Shown in pieces: positions 10,895 through 20,992 of a stretch of DNA of 40,946 nucleotides. The translations under genes were made by a program, and so were the position numbers. Origin of the DNA: Vicugna vicugna (Eukaryota); contig MU058428.1 in assembly GCA_013265495.1 (NCBI GenBank), forward strand, positions 1 through 40,946. The letters run 5' to 3'. The notes beneath the pieces were generated by a model, which saw only the letters and a list, made by a program, of their open reading frames with translations, had not been told where the DNA came from and ran no database searches. Positions within the stretch are counted from its first letter, which is position 1. Every line of letters begins with the position of its first letter.

Positions 10895-11055
10895 TTTGTC
10901 TGAAAAAGTTCTGGAAATAAAGTGGTGACAGTTAACACAGCATTATGAATGCACTTAATGTCACTGAAGTGTATACTCAAAAATGGTTAAAAAGGTAATT
11001 TTGTTTTATATATATTTTACTGCAGCAATAATAGTAATAATAATAATATAAAAAA
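10895..11055 (+). mobile_element. Old L1 (L1MB/MC-type) 3' end
   Basis: aaaagttctggaaat..gtggtgacagtt..aatgcacttaatgtcactgaagtgtatactcaaaaatggttaaaa followed by a (TAA)n tail. Confidence 0.75.
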
Positions 11056-11059
11056 AGTG

Positions 11060-12060
11060 GTCAGGAAATATAAACAGAGAAGAGTTTCTAAGGCTTAAGC
11101 TCTGAAGTCTCCGGCATTTGGAGGAGGATAAAAAGATCCAAAAGAGGAGACTGAGGCAAAGCTGGTGGATAAAAAATAGCTAGGAGAGGGCGAGAATTCA
11201 GGGCCATGTGAGGAAAGGGGAGGGTGATGGACTGGGCGCAATGCGAGCGCAATGTGAGGAGACAGGACTCAGAAGAGGACAGAGAACTGCTGATGGGATG
11301 TGACAGGGGGACCTGGGAAGAGCAGTTTCATTTGAGGAGGAAGGAAAAAAGCCTCACAAGACTCCTTTGAGATGGAGGAGGTGGGGAAGGAGAGACAGTA
11401 AGTAAAGGGAGCTCTTTCCAGGTGTTTGCTAGATGGCAGCAGTGGAAGGAGTATGGAGAACTAAGGGAGGTTTTTCTTACGATGGGAGAGATAATCCCAT
11501 GTTTGTATGTTGAGGGAAATAACCCAATTGAGAGGGAAAACATGATGATAACTGTAAACCTGTGAACATGAAGGCTTTGAGTCCCACACCCAGTAGAAGC
11601 AGGGGCAGCGCCCTGCGATGAGAGGTGAGAGGAGTCAGGGTGCGACGCAAGTGGGTGTGTAGGAAGACCTGTGGTGGGAAAAGAAGGTCTCTTCCGACAG
11701 CTTCTACTGTCACAGTGAAAAGAAAGAAAGAAAATCACCGGATAAGAGTGCAGAAAAAGAAACAGGATGCTAAAAGTGTGGGGAAAAGAAGTTATAAAAC
11801 TGCTGCTTCAGAGAGTAGGGGAGAATCGCCTAGAGAAACAGAGCAGGACTGCTGGCGGTGCTGAGGCCCTGGGGGAGGCTTGTCCCCACGTATTTAAAGT
11901 GGGGCCAGTCAGCAGGGGGATGTGCAGGTACAGAGTGAGCAGGGAGCTGGAATAACCAGGTCTGGGGCTTTTCCAGGGCACTGGGAAGGGAAGGACTAGG
12001 GAGTTGGCTGAGAAGGTACGTAAGACAGTGATTCGAGCAACAAACTACAGAATCACAGCC
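11060..12060 (-). mobile_element. LINE-2 fragments
   Basis: Purine-rich degenerate L2-like sequence (atgggagagataatcccatgtttgtatgttgagggaaataacccaattgagaggg). Confidence 0.5.
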
Positions 12061-12229
12061 TAAACTAGTTAAGAATGAAATAAATCAAAGTAAACAACAA
12101 TTTAAATACATTTTTACTTGATAACAATCATAAAGACCTTTCTGCTTACTTTTTTCAAATTATCAATAACTTTCAGATGCTTAGTTTTCAAATGTTTTGC
12201 CACTTGTGTTAGCCTCCTCAGAAAAGTAA

Positions 12230-12990
12230 ACGTCACCAACATTCACTCTGTTCCATGGACCAAGTGTCCCCCTCACATCCAGTCCAATAGCAGAAGCTAT
12301 GATTGTCCTCTCAAAACACCTGAACTCAGCCACTTCTCAGCACCTCTAACACTCCTACCCTGTGCTTGGCTTGCTTCGACTATCCACTCTTGGTCCTCTA
12401 CCATCTATTTTTCCTCTCAAAAGCCAAAGAATCTCAAAACTGTAGATCAGATCATGCCCTTGCATCAACCATTCAATGAGTCTGTCATATTTAGAAGACA
12501 GTTCAAACCCTGATCTTGACCTTTCAGACCTAATGACCTAGCTCCAGGGTACCTCTCCATCTAACTTCCCACCTCTCTGCCCAGCTCACCCAACCACACT
12601 GGCCTCTGGCACATTCCTCGGTCTTGCCAAGAAAATGCTCGCCTCAGGACCTTTGTATCTGCTCTTTCCTGGAAGACCCTTCTCTTCAGACACTCAGGTG
12701 GTTTTCTCCCTCACTTCATTCTGGTCCACATGCAAATTTCAATTCCTCACAGAGACCTTCCCTGACCATCCATCTACAGAGACTGATGCACCAATCTCTT
12801 TACCTCCTTTCCCTGTTTTATTTTTCTCCAAAGCACTTGTCACTACCTGCAGCTTCAACCTTATTTCTCTGTCTCTCCCACTGACTGAAGGCTCTGTGAG
12901 GGATTTTTGGTTATAGGCACATGATGTTCCCAGACTCACGCAGTGTTCGTATAATAAACATTCAAGAAATATTTGTTCAATAAATAAACA
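12230..12990 (+). mobile_element. LINE-2 3' portion
   Basis: gatcatgcccttg..., ctcacagagaccttccctgacc and the terminal aaacattcaagaaatatttgttcaataaataa, typical of an L2 3' end. Confidence 0.7.
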
Positions 12991-13376
12991 AGTCCTTTTT
13001 GAACCTCTGTACAAGTTTTAACATATATACTGGTACAGTAATACAGAATGTAATTAAAAATAAATAAATTTAGATTAAGGGTACATGCTCAAACTTTTTT
13101 CTTTAAGGAGCATACAGTTTTTAAAAAGTCTGGCAATTATAGCTGTAACCACTAAATAAACCAGCATGCATTCCTTGAGTCTGGTGTCATTCTCTCTCTC
13201 AGGAGACCTTGGTCATATCCATTTGCTTGTCACAAGAAGTGAGAATTCCCCATATGGGGTTATGGCCCTGAATCAACTCTTCTGTCCCTGCCCTTACATT
13301 TCTCTGGAATATAAATTACCAGATTCTGCTAGAAATGAATAGGTTGTTCTGATGCAAAGAGAGGCTGATAACTTAC

Positions 13377-13489
13377 CGGTCGTACACAATTGAGGACAAA
13401 TGTTGCCGGTTTAGCCATTTCATCAAGTGAGGCTGGATTAGTGACATCACAAATTATTATTCCAACTTCAGATGACAGCGTTGGTCTTC
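13377..13489 (-). pseudogene. SCCPDH: SCCPDH-like exon 2 (113 nt, open frame)
   Basis: ttttag|(G)RPTLSSEVGIIICDVTNPASLDEMAKPATFVLNCVRP|gtaagt, vs recalled GRPTLSSEVGIIICDIANPASLDEMAKQATVVLNCVGP. Confidence 0.95.
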
Positions 13490-14267
13490 CTAAAATAAGA
13501 AATAAATTGTCTTAAGCAAATCCTGATACAGTATTACATTTCCCCGATCTTNNNNNNNNNNNNNNNNNNNNNNNNNNNNNNNNNNNNNNNNNNNNNNNNN
13601 NNNNNNNNNNNNNNNNNNNNNNNNNNNNNNNNNNNNNNNNNNNNNNNNNNNNNNNNNNNNNNNNNNNNNNNNNNNNNNNNNNNNNNNNNNNNNNNNNNNN
13701 NNNNNNNNNNNNNNNNNNNNNNNNNNNNNNNNNNNNNNNNNNNNNNNNNNNNNNNNNNNNNNNNNNNNNNNNNNNNNNNNNNNNNNNNNNNNNNNNNNNN
13801 NNNNNNNNNNNNNNNNNNNNNNNNNNNNNNNNNNNNNNNNNNNNNNNNNNNNNNNNNNNNNNNNNNNNNNNNNTCCACCTCCACAAGGCAAAGTACAAAC
13901 AATTCCAAAGAAGCCAGCGCTCCACTTTCGTTTCCATCAAACGTCAAGAGAACTCCAGCCCCACCAGTTACTAAATGGGATGGAGCTGGGAAAGGAAAAC
14001 CTTAAGTTCTATTTCCCCAGTGGGGCTCCCCAAGTAAAGGAGAAACTCAGGCTGGGAGATTTAATTTGTTTTCCTGTTTAATGTAGGGAGCGAAACAAAG
14101 CTGACACTAACTGAAGCACCGCTCCCCTCCTCCCGGCCTCCAGCAGGGCCGGGAAGCTGGAGGGGCGCCGCGGGAGGAGGGACGCCCATTTCCGGGGCCC
14201 TGAACCCCTCAGTCCCGAGAAGGGGGCTCCTGGGAGCGAGCGGCGGCGGTGGCGGCGGGGCCGAGCC

Positions 14268-14439
14268 CGGGCTTCACGGCAGCCTCTCCGGCACTCGCCG
14301 CAGCTTCTCCGGGGAGCGGCCCGCGCGGCCCACGGCAGGTGGGAAGTCCGCTCCGGGACACCCGCTCTGTCATGGGCTGGCCGGTGAAGCCAGAGGGGCC
14401 GATCACCGCCAGGCTGAAAGGCCTCTGCTGCTTCGTCAG
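14268..14439 (-). pseudogene. SCCPDH: SCCPDH-like exon 1 coding remnant
   Basis: (CTG)TKQQRPFSLAVIGPSGFTGQPMTERV / PERTSHLPWA / AGRSPEKLRRVPE / AAVKP, vs recalled MATEQRPFHLVVFGASGFTGQFVTEEVAREQVDPERSSRLPWAVAGRSREKLQRVLEKAALKLG. ATG>CTG, ~15-nt deletion, frameshifts, and no GT at the expected donor. Confidence 0.9.
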
Positions 14440-14542
14440 GGGAAGCCCCCAGCGATGCGAGGCCACGGCGGGCTGCGTCCACGCGCCTGCGCCTCAGGCA
14501 GCGACCCGGGGACCGAGCGCAGCGGCCTCTCCGCCTGCCCGC

Positions 14543-14866
14543 CGCCGCGCCAGAGCCCCGCTCACGGCCACGCCCACTCCGCCTGGCGCCCGCGCCCACC
14601 CAGAGCTTCAGGCAGCCACCCCGGTACCGGGTGCCACAGCCCCTACGCCGTGGGCGCCGCGGTCTCCCCCGCCCCCGCTGCCGCGCCAGAGCCCCGCCCA
14701 CGGACGCGCCCACTCCGCCTGGCGCCCGCTCTCACCCAAAGCTTCAGGCAGCCACCCCGGTACCGGGTGCCACAGCCCCTACGCCGTGGGCGCCGCGGTC
14801 TCCCCCGCCCGCGCTGCCGCGCCAGAGCCCCGCCCACGGACGCGCCCACCCCGCCTGGCGCCCGCT
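14543..14866. repeat. 136-bp GC-rich tandem repeat, ~2.4 copies
   Basis: cagagcccc starts at 14551, 14687 and 14823. ccggtaccgg starts at 14621 and 14757. Confidence 0.95.
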
Positions 14867-15869
14867 CAGTCCCCCCGCCTCTTCTCGGGGGCTTCCCGCC
14901 CTGGTGTCGGCGGTCTTGCCTCCGCGGTTGGTGCGCGTCCGGGTCAGGCAGGACCTGACAGCGGCCCATCGTCGCCCGGTCGTGGTTCAGGCACAGTTCT
15001 GCCGGCCCCAGGCATCGCATCTTCCCGCCCGCCTGAAGGCTGGAGCGGGCGGCGGCTGTGGCCAGTTAATGTGGTTGCAAGAGGGGGTTGCGCAACCAAA
15101 GACTTCATGAAAACCTTCTGATGGCCGAAGAGTGTACACCCGGAACCCCACCCCTTTCAAAATTTTTATTTGGACTTTAGAATTACGTTGGCCAAGGAGT
15201 GTCTGCGGAGCCTGATGGAGGTGGTGGTTGGACGTGCGGTCTGGGGTTTCCATGGATCGCCTCCGCGCTCTCTCCAGGCCCCTGCCTCCACCGCCTTGGA
15301 GGCCCTCTTCATGGCCTGTGACAGTTATTGGTGAAGCTCCGTGGGGAAGTAACTCCCAGAGCTAATTTTTATTTTGCAAATTATATAAAAGAACATTTCA
15401 TGTTCATATGCGTTATTCTGTTTGCAATGCCTTGTAATAAGGTACAATGAGAACAAAGATCAGTTTTTAAAGTTGATGACTTTAAAAGTACTAAATAGGG
15501 GAATATTCAGGCTAACAACAATTTGGTGGAAAAAGTTGAGGCATTTGCTTAACAGTATTTTAAATCTGAGTTGATTTTGCGGTGTGGTTGCAAACAAAAC
15601 TAACATAATCTAGGCTTACCGTGGTAAGAATTTACTGGCCAGATCAAGGAGGTAATGGTTATACAGATTCTGCATAAAGCAGGTCACCTAAAATATTCAA
15701 CTTACTTGTGAATTTCTATTTTCATTGGGGTTAAGCTACATTACCAAGTCATCAGCTAACCAAGATAAACCAACTAGTAAGAGATAGAGTCATGACTGGA
15801 ATTCAGATGCTTCTAGCTCTTTCTCATTAATTATTTTTTCATTTAATTATGTTTACTAGTTCTTGTAAG

Positions 15870-17420
15870 CATTTAGCTTTGAAATAGAGACCCTTGAACA
15901 ACTTAGCCAGAAGAAAGCATAAGAAAGACATCAACAAAGACGTGAATTTCTACATATGCAAATTAAGGAAACATAAAATGAATATCAATACAGAGAACTC
16001 GAAACCAAAAACTTGGTTTCATAAAGATTACAAGCTCTGGCAAGATTAATAGAGAAAAAAGTGGATACAGTTACACATAATTTTAGAAGTACAAATTTGA
16101 ATATAACTAAAATTGCTCCAGAAAATTAAAAAATAAGAAAAATGAAAACTTGACACACAATGAATATACTTATAGAAATAAGTAAATTTCTAGAATAATG
16201 AAAATTAATAAAATTGATTCCAAGGAGAAAAAATCTAAAAGTCACATGAACTTTAAGAGCAATTGAATCAGTAGTCCAAAAAAAAAATCTTCTCATGAAG
16301 ATAACATTAGATTTGTTTACAGTTCAATTGATATTTAAACCTTAAAAAATTCCACAATCTTACACAAGCTTTCCAGAGAACAGAATCATGAGGACTACTC
16401 AAGTAATTGTATATGGCTTGATATGTATGAAATGAAATCANNNNNNNNNNNNNNNNNNNNNNNNNNNNNNNNNNNNNNNNNNNNNNNNNNNNNNNNNNNN
16501 NNNNNNNNNNNNNNNNNNNNNNNNNNNNNNNNNNNNNNNNNNNNNNNNNNNNNNNNNNNNNNNNNNNNNNNNNNNNNNNNNNNNNNNNNNNNNNNNNNNA
16601 TAGATAAAACTATGATTCATGATGGTTTAAAAAATATAAAATTAAGATTGGAAAAGCACCACTTTATCTATTAAGAGTATCTACACAGAAATGAATAGTG
16701 TATATATCTTATTTAGTATAATATAATGAAAGAATCCTTTAAGATCACAAACAATTTTCACTGTGACCACTTTTATTTAACATCATATTAGAAGATTTGG
16801 ACAGATACAGAGATTGAAAAGAAAGGAACAAATCTGTCATTTATACATGATATGACTATCTGCTTTGTGAACTGAGATGATAAACTATTAATAGGTGAAT
16901 CTAGAAAGGAACTGTATACAAAATTAATATTAAAAAGTAGTTTTTTTTACATCAGCAAAAATCAGTTAAAACAACAATTTAAAAATAAGTCCTTTAGGAA
17001 TAAATAATAAAAGTACCATAGATAGACTCTATATGGAAAAACAAAATGCCAAAATAATCAAAGGAAATCCTAAAAGAAAGATGGAGATGGAGTTTTAATC
17101 AAAACTTATCTGATACAAAGACTTAGGACTCATTTTAAAAAAAGAAATGATGACTGAGACAAAATGCTATTGGTATGACAATAGATTTTAAAAGATAAAT
17201 GGAACTGAAAAAATAGCCTAGAAATATCCCATGCATGTATGGAAACTTGACTTTGAACAAAATATATATTGCAGATCAATGACAATAGGATAGACCATAT
17301 AATAAATGCTACTGGTACCTCTGGTTATCTGAAGAGAAAAAAGCAACCATCTCTGTACCCCGACTTCATATCATACATCAAAATAAACTCTAGTTGAGAC
17401 AAAGGCTACAATTTTACGAA
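15870..17420 (+). mobile_element. Old LINE-1 ORF2 remnants spanning the gap at 16441-16599
   Basis: A-rich degenerate L1 ORF2 motifs in collinear order (ctctggcaagattaatagag; atgatatgactatc; atgtatggaaacttga; caaaataaactctagtt). Confidence 0.65.
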
Positions 17421-17499
17421 TCATACTAAAAAAACTTCAAAGGCATTATCTTGGAAATTTTGCTTCTGACTGTGATTGAATAAACCTTTCTGAAACAAC

Positions 17500-18690
17500 A
17501 AGAAAACTTGAGAAAGAAAGTGTGAAACAGTAGTTTCACTGCACAACAGATAGTGTCTGACTGTGATCCCTGAGAAGAGAGAAATCAATGAGGTGAGGCT
17601 TCCAGGAGCCCAGAGTGTTGCCTGGGTGCAGTTTCTGAAGTGATATGCACTGAGGGAAAACCCATACAGCACTGTCTGAAAGAGGAGGACTGGAACTCAG
17701 GGAGGCCCAAGAAGCTAGAAACTGTGGACCAGAATATTAGAGAAGAGGAAGCTGGACAGAGACAGAGACAGAGAGAGAATCAGTGCAGATATCTGTGAAG
17801 GTGTAAAAGGGAACATCCAGCCTAGCTGAGTACTGAGTTGGATGGAGAACACTACCTACCTAAGGCTGGTGGAAAAGAAGCAGTTCCTGGAGCTAACACT
17901 GAGCTGGGAACAGCGTGTTTTCCCACCACCTAATGGGGAACGGCTTCAGAACAGAGAGGACTGCAGTAAAGCACCCGGAGAGCACTGCCCTAGTGGAGGG
18001 GCTAGGTTAGCCCCAGACTCCAGCCTGCTATATGTTCACCTTAGCAGACCTTAAAAGCAAGGCCTAAAAGAAACCAATTTATTCCAAAATTGCAAGTCAC
18101 AACAAAATCTGATACCCCTTAATTAATTACAACAAAATTGGGCACCCAACGATGTAAAACCCATCATGTCTGGCATCAAATAAAAAATGACCAGCCATGT
18201 AAACCAGCAGGGCTGTATGAAGCATAACCAGGAGGAAAATCCTGGTTGGTGAGAAAAAAAGACCAAGGTACATCAAAATCAAATTATTAAAAAAAAAAGT
18301 GGTAGAGATAAAGAGAAAATCTTAAAATCAGCCAGAGATAAAAACACACAGCATGTACAGCAGAACAAAGATATGAAAGATAGAAGATCCTTGTTGGGCA
18401 TCACACAAGCCCAAATGCAGCACAGAGATATTTTAAAGTACTGGGGGAAAGAAACAGCAACAATAACAAACAAAAAAAAGTATTAGTCTAGACTATTTCC
18501 CAGACCAAAACACCTTTTAAAAAATGAAGGCAAAACAGTTTCTCAGAGAAACAAAAGCTGAGATACTTTTTCACCAACACATGTAGACTAGTAGAATATG
18601 GAGTTCTGATAAAAGGAATATGACAGCAGATGGAAAGTTGTCCCTACAAAAAGATGTTAAGAGTAACAAAAAAAGGTAAATAATAATGCT
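17500..18690 (+). mobile_element. Old LINE-1 5'/ORF1 region remnant
   Basis: gataaagagaaaatcttaaaatcagccagag and aaaaatgaaggcaaaa..aaaagctgaga are ORF1-type motifs. The upstream part resembles 31070-31850. Confidence 0.55.
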
Positions 18691-19284
18691 TTCTCCATGG
18701 ACTGCCACCTACACAGGACCTCAGGCTTGTCACCTCTTCAGCCCTAGGACTTAACCCAATGACTATTGAGTGACCAACAAAACAAAGTTAAAATAGAAAT
18801 TTGGATACTCTGTATGAACATTTATTTGGAATTGTAGAACAGAAGACCATGCAACCCCCATTCCTTACCTCAGAACTAAAGAAAGCAAAATTGACATCAC
18901 TTTGAAAGAGCTTCAATCAAACCTTAATGTAAGACTTTGCATTTTCAGTCTATCCTTTTCAGTAACGCTTTACACCCATGTTCCACACACAGCTCAGTGG
19001 AGAACTACAGGGAAGCAATGGAACTCTGGAACTGAAAAAAACAGCCTAGTTACTAGCCCAAGTCCTCATGGGACAAACCCCCAGGGTGCTGGCCTCTGCC
19101 ACTAGGAGGGGACCGGGCCCACCAGCTGTTGTAGCTGCAGTTTACTGGGGTAGTACTATACCATTTCTGAACCTGTTGTGGCCAGAGTGTTCTTTCTATA
19201 GCAGGTTTTTATATCTCACCCAGTGTATATGTTGTGTCATTGTTGTTGGCAGTGGGAAAAGGGCAGGATGGTGGAGAAGGACGG

Positions 19285-19385
19285 GACACAGACATGGAGA
19301 GAAGGAAGGTGGCCTCTGGGGAGCCCAGGAGAGAGGCCCGGGACAGATCCCTCTCTCACCCTCAGAAGAGACCAGTCCTGTGGCT
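19285..19385 (+). mobile_element. MLT1 LTR fragment
   Basis: gagcccaggagagaggcccgggacagatccctctctcaccctcagaagagaccagtcctg. Confidence 0.55.
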
Positions 19386-20108
19386 TCAATAGCAAACAAA
19401 CACATTATTTCCTCTTCTCATTTTCACGAGAAGAGACTGAAAGCTGCTGTTTATGCAAAGGGTGGTCCTGGTCAGTTGTTTTCCGAGTTTTGGTCCTTAT
19501 GACTTTCACAGATCTGATTGAAATGCTGGATCTCTTCCTTGTTAGTTTTGTAATCTTGGACACGTACCATAATTTAGTTGAGACTTGTTTTCATTATCTG
19601 CAAATTGAGAGTTCCAACACCTCCTTAGAATTGTGCAAAACCCTCAAAACTGCCCTTAGCACACAGAACTATTCAGTAAATGTCAATTTCTTTGTGAATT
19701 TCTCTGCTTGTTTGCTGCAGTAATTTATATCAGAGGTAATCTTTGTATCAGTGAAAGATATTTGTTAAAGAGCACTTTGTCCCCTGCTTATTATTGCTAT
19801 CTCATAAAGCATCTAGAGGTTGTAAAGAGAAGGTAGCATTCAAAATAAAAATGGACAATCACAGAAGGTAATTCTAGCAAATAAGTGGATTATGTGACTT
19901 AAGCAGCAGCTTTGCAGCAATGTGAACATTTTAAATCAGTTATCGAGCTTCCTGGGAAACCTGCAGAGTGTTTTGCACTTTATCTTGAAGGCACCAAAAT
20001 AAAGCTAACAAGCATCACTGCAAGTCATTCCAAGCACAGGACATAAATATCCAACTATTCCTGCTTCACTAAAGACCTAGTATTTACAGGAATTTAAGAT
20101 TTCTGCCT

Positions 20109-20272
20109 GGGGAGAGGGGGAGGGTATAGCTCAGTGGTGGAGTGCGTGCTTAGCATAGCACGAGGTTCTGGGTTCAATCCCCAGTACCCCCATTAAAACA
20201 AACAAACAAACAAACCCAATTACCCTTTCCAAAAAAGAAAAACACAAACAAAAAATAGTAAATTAAAAAAAA
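20109..20272 (+). mobile_element. tRNA-derived SINE (Vic-1-like)
   Basis: ggggagggtatagctcagtggtggagtgcgtgcttagcatagcacgaggttctgggttcaatccccagtacc followed by (AAAC)n and an A-rich tail. Confidence 0.9.
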
Positions 20273-20361
20273 TTCTTCCCATCAATAGCTGATGAGAGAA
20301 GTACATTTTTTAGGCATAATAAACAGCATCAATACCCTGCAGCTGTAATCGAACAAGTTAA

Positions 20362-20660
20362 AACTGAGGTTGTTAAGGTGGACCCCAACTTGATATCAGT
20401 GGTATCCTTATAAAAAGGGGGAATTTGGAGACAGACATCTCTACAGGGAGAGCATCCTGGGAGCAGGAAGACAGCCACTACAAGCCAAGAAGAGAGGCCT
20501 AGAACAGATCATTTTCTCACAGCTTTCACAAGGAACCAACTCTGCCAACACCCTGACTTTTGACTTGCAGCTTCTAGAACTGTGAGACAATGAATTTCTG
20601 TTTTTTAAGACATTCAGTTTATAGTATTTTGTTGTGGCAGCCCTAGCAAACTAATAAAAC
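20362..20660 (+). mobile_element. MaLR LTR (MLT1A/B-like), 5'-truncated
   Basis: ggtatccttataaaaagggggaatttggagacagac...ggaaccaactctgccaacaccctgacttttgacttgcagcttctagaactgtgagacaatgaatttctg...gcagccctagcaaactaat. Confidence 0.85.
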
Positions 20661-20952
20661 AATAAACCCCTTGTTTTTAAAATACTGTCATTTTCATTTT
20701 GTTTTAACTTATAGCAAACAAAAGGCTAATATAATATCTAAAGAAGTTATAGAAACTGATAAAAGACTAACAGTTCAACCAAAAATGAGAAACAGATATG
20801 AACAGTTCATAGAAAAGGAAATACAAATGGTTCGTAAGAGAATGAAACAGTATGCAATCTGACTCATAGTACAACTACACTGAGAAATCACTTTTCATTC
20901 AGCTTAGGAAAATAACAAAGTAGCAAAATGGGCAGCACACAATTACTGAGAT

Positions 20953-20953
20953 T

Positions 20954-20992
<39 letters not shown>

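Larger units (their letters stand above)
5906..14439 (-). pseudogene. SCCPDH: Unprocessed SCCPDH pseudogene, exons 1, 2, 4 and 5 (later exons not seen in window)
   Basis: Four exon remnants in the correct order, with intact AG/GT boundaries on exons 2, 4 and 5. ATG lost; frameshifts and stops in exons 1 and 4. Confidence 0.9.
14120..15300. promoter_or_regulatory. CpG island / ancestral SCCPDH promoter region
   Basis: Very GC- and CpG-dense, overlaps the exon 1 remnant, and has multiple GC-boxes (gccccgccca, ggccacgcccac). Confidence 0.85.

Noticed and set aside
13490..13947. ORFs with X runs here and at 3451-3807, 16423-16674 and 31803-32175
   Set aside because: Artefacts of translating through N-gaps.
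14543..14866. CRISPR-like or prokaryotic repeat array
   Set aside because: Head-to-tail tandem units with no unique spacers, in mammalian DNA.
14249..15121. 290-aa plus-strand ORF and other overlapping ORFs in the CpG island
   Set aside because: Non-ATG start, Pro/Ala/Arg low complexity, internal repeats from the 136-bp array. Stops are simply rare in very GC-rich DNA.
20117..20192. tRNA-like sequences here and at 10765-10838 and 25905-25980
   Set aside because: They carry SINE tails, broken stems and a probable TSD, so they are SINE heads rather than tRNA genes.
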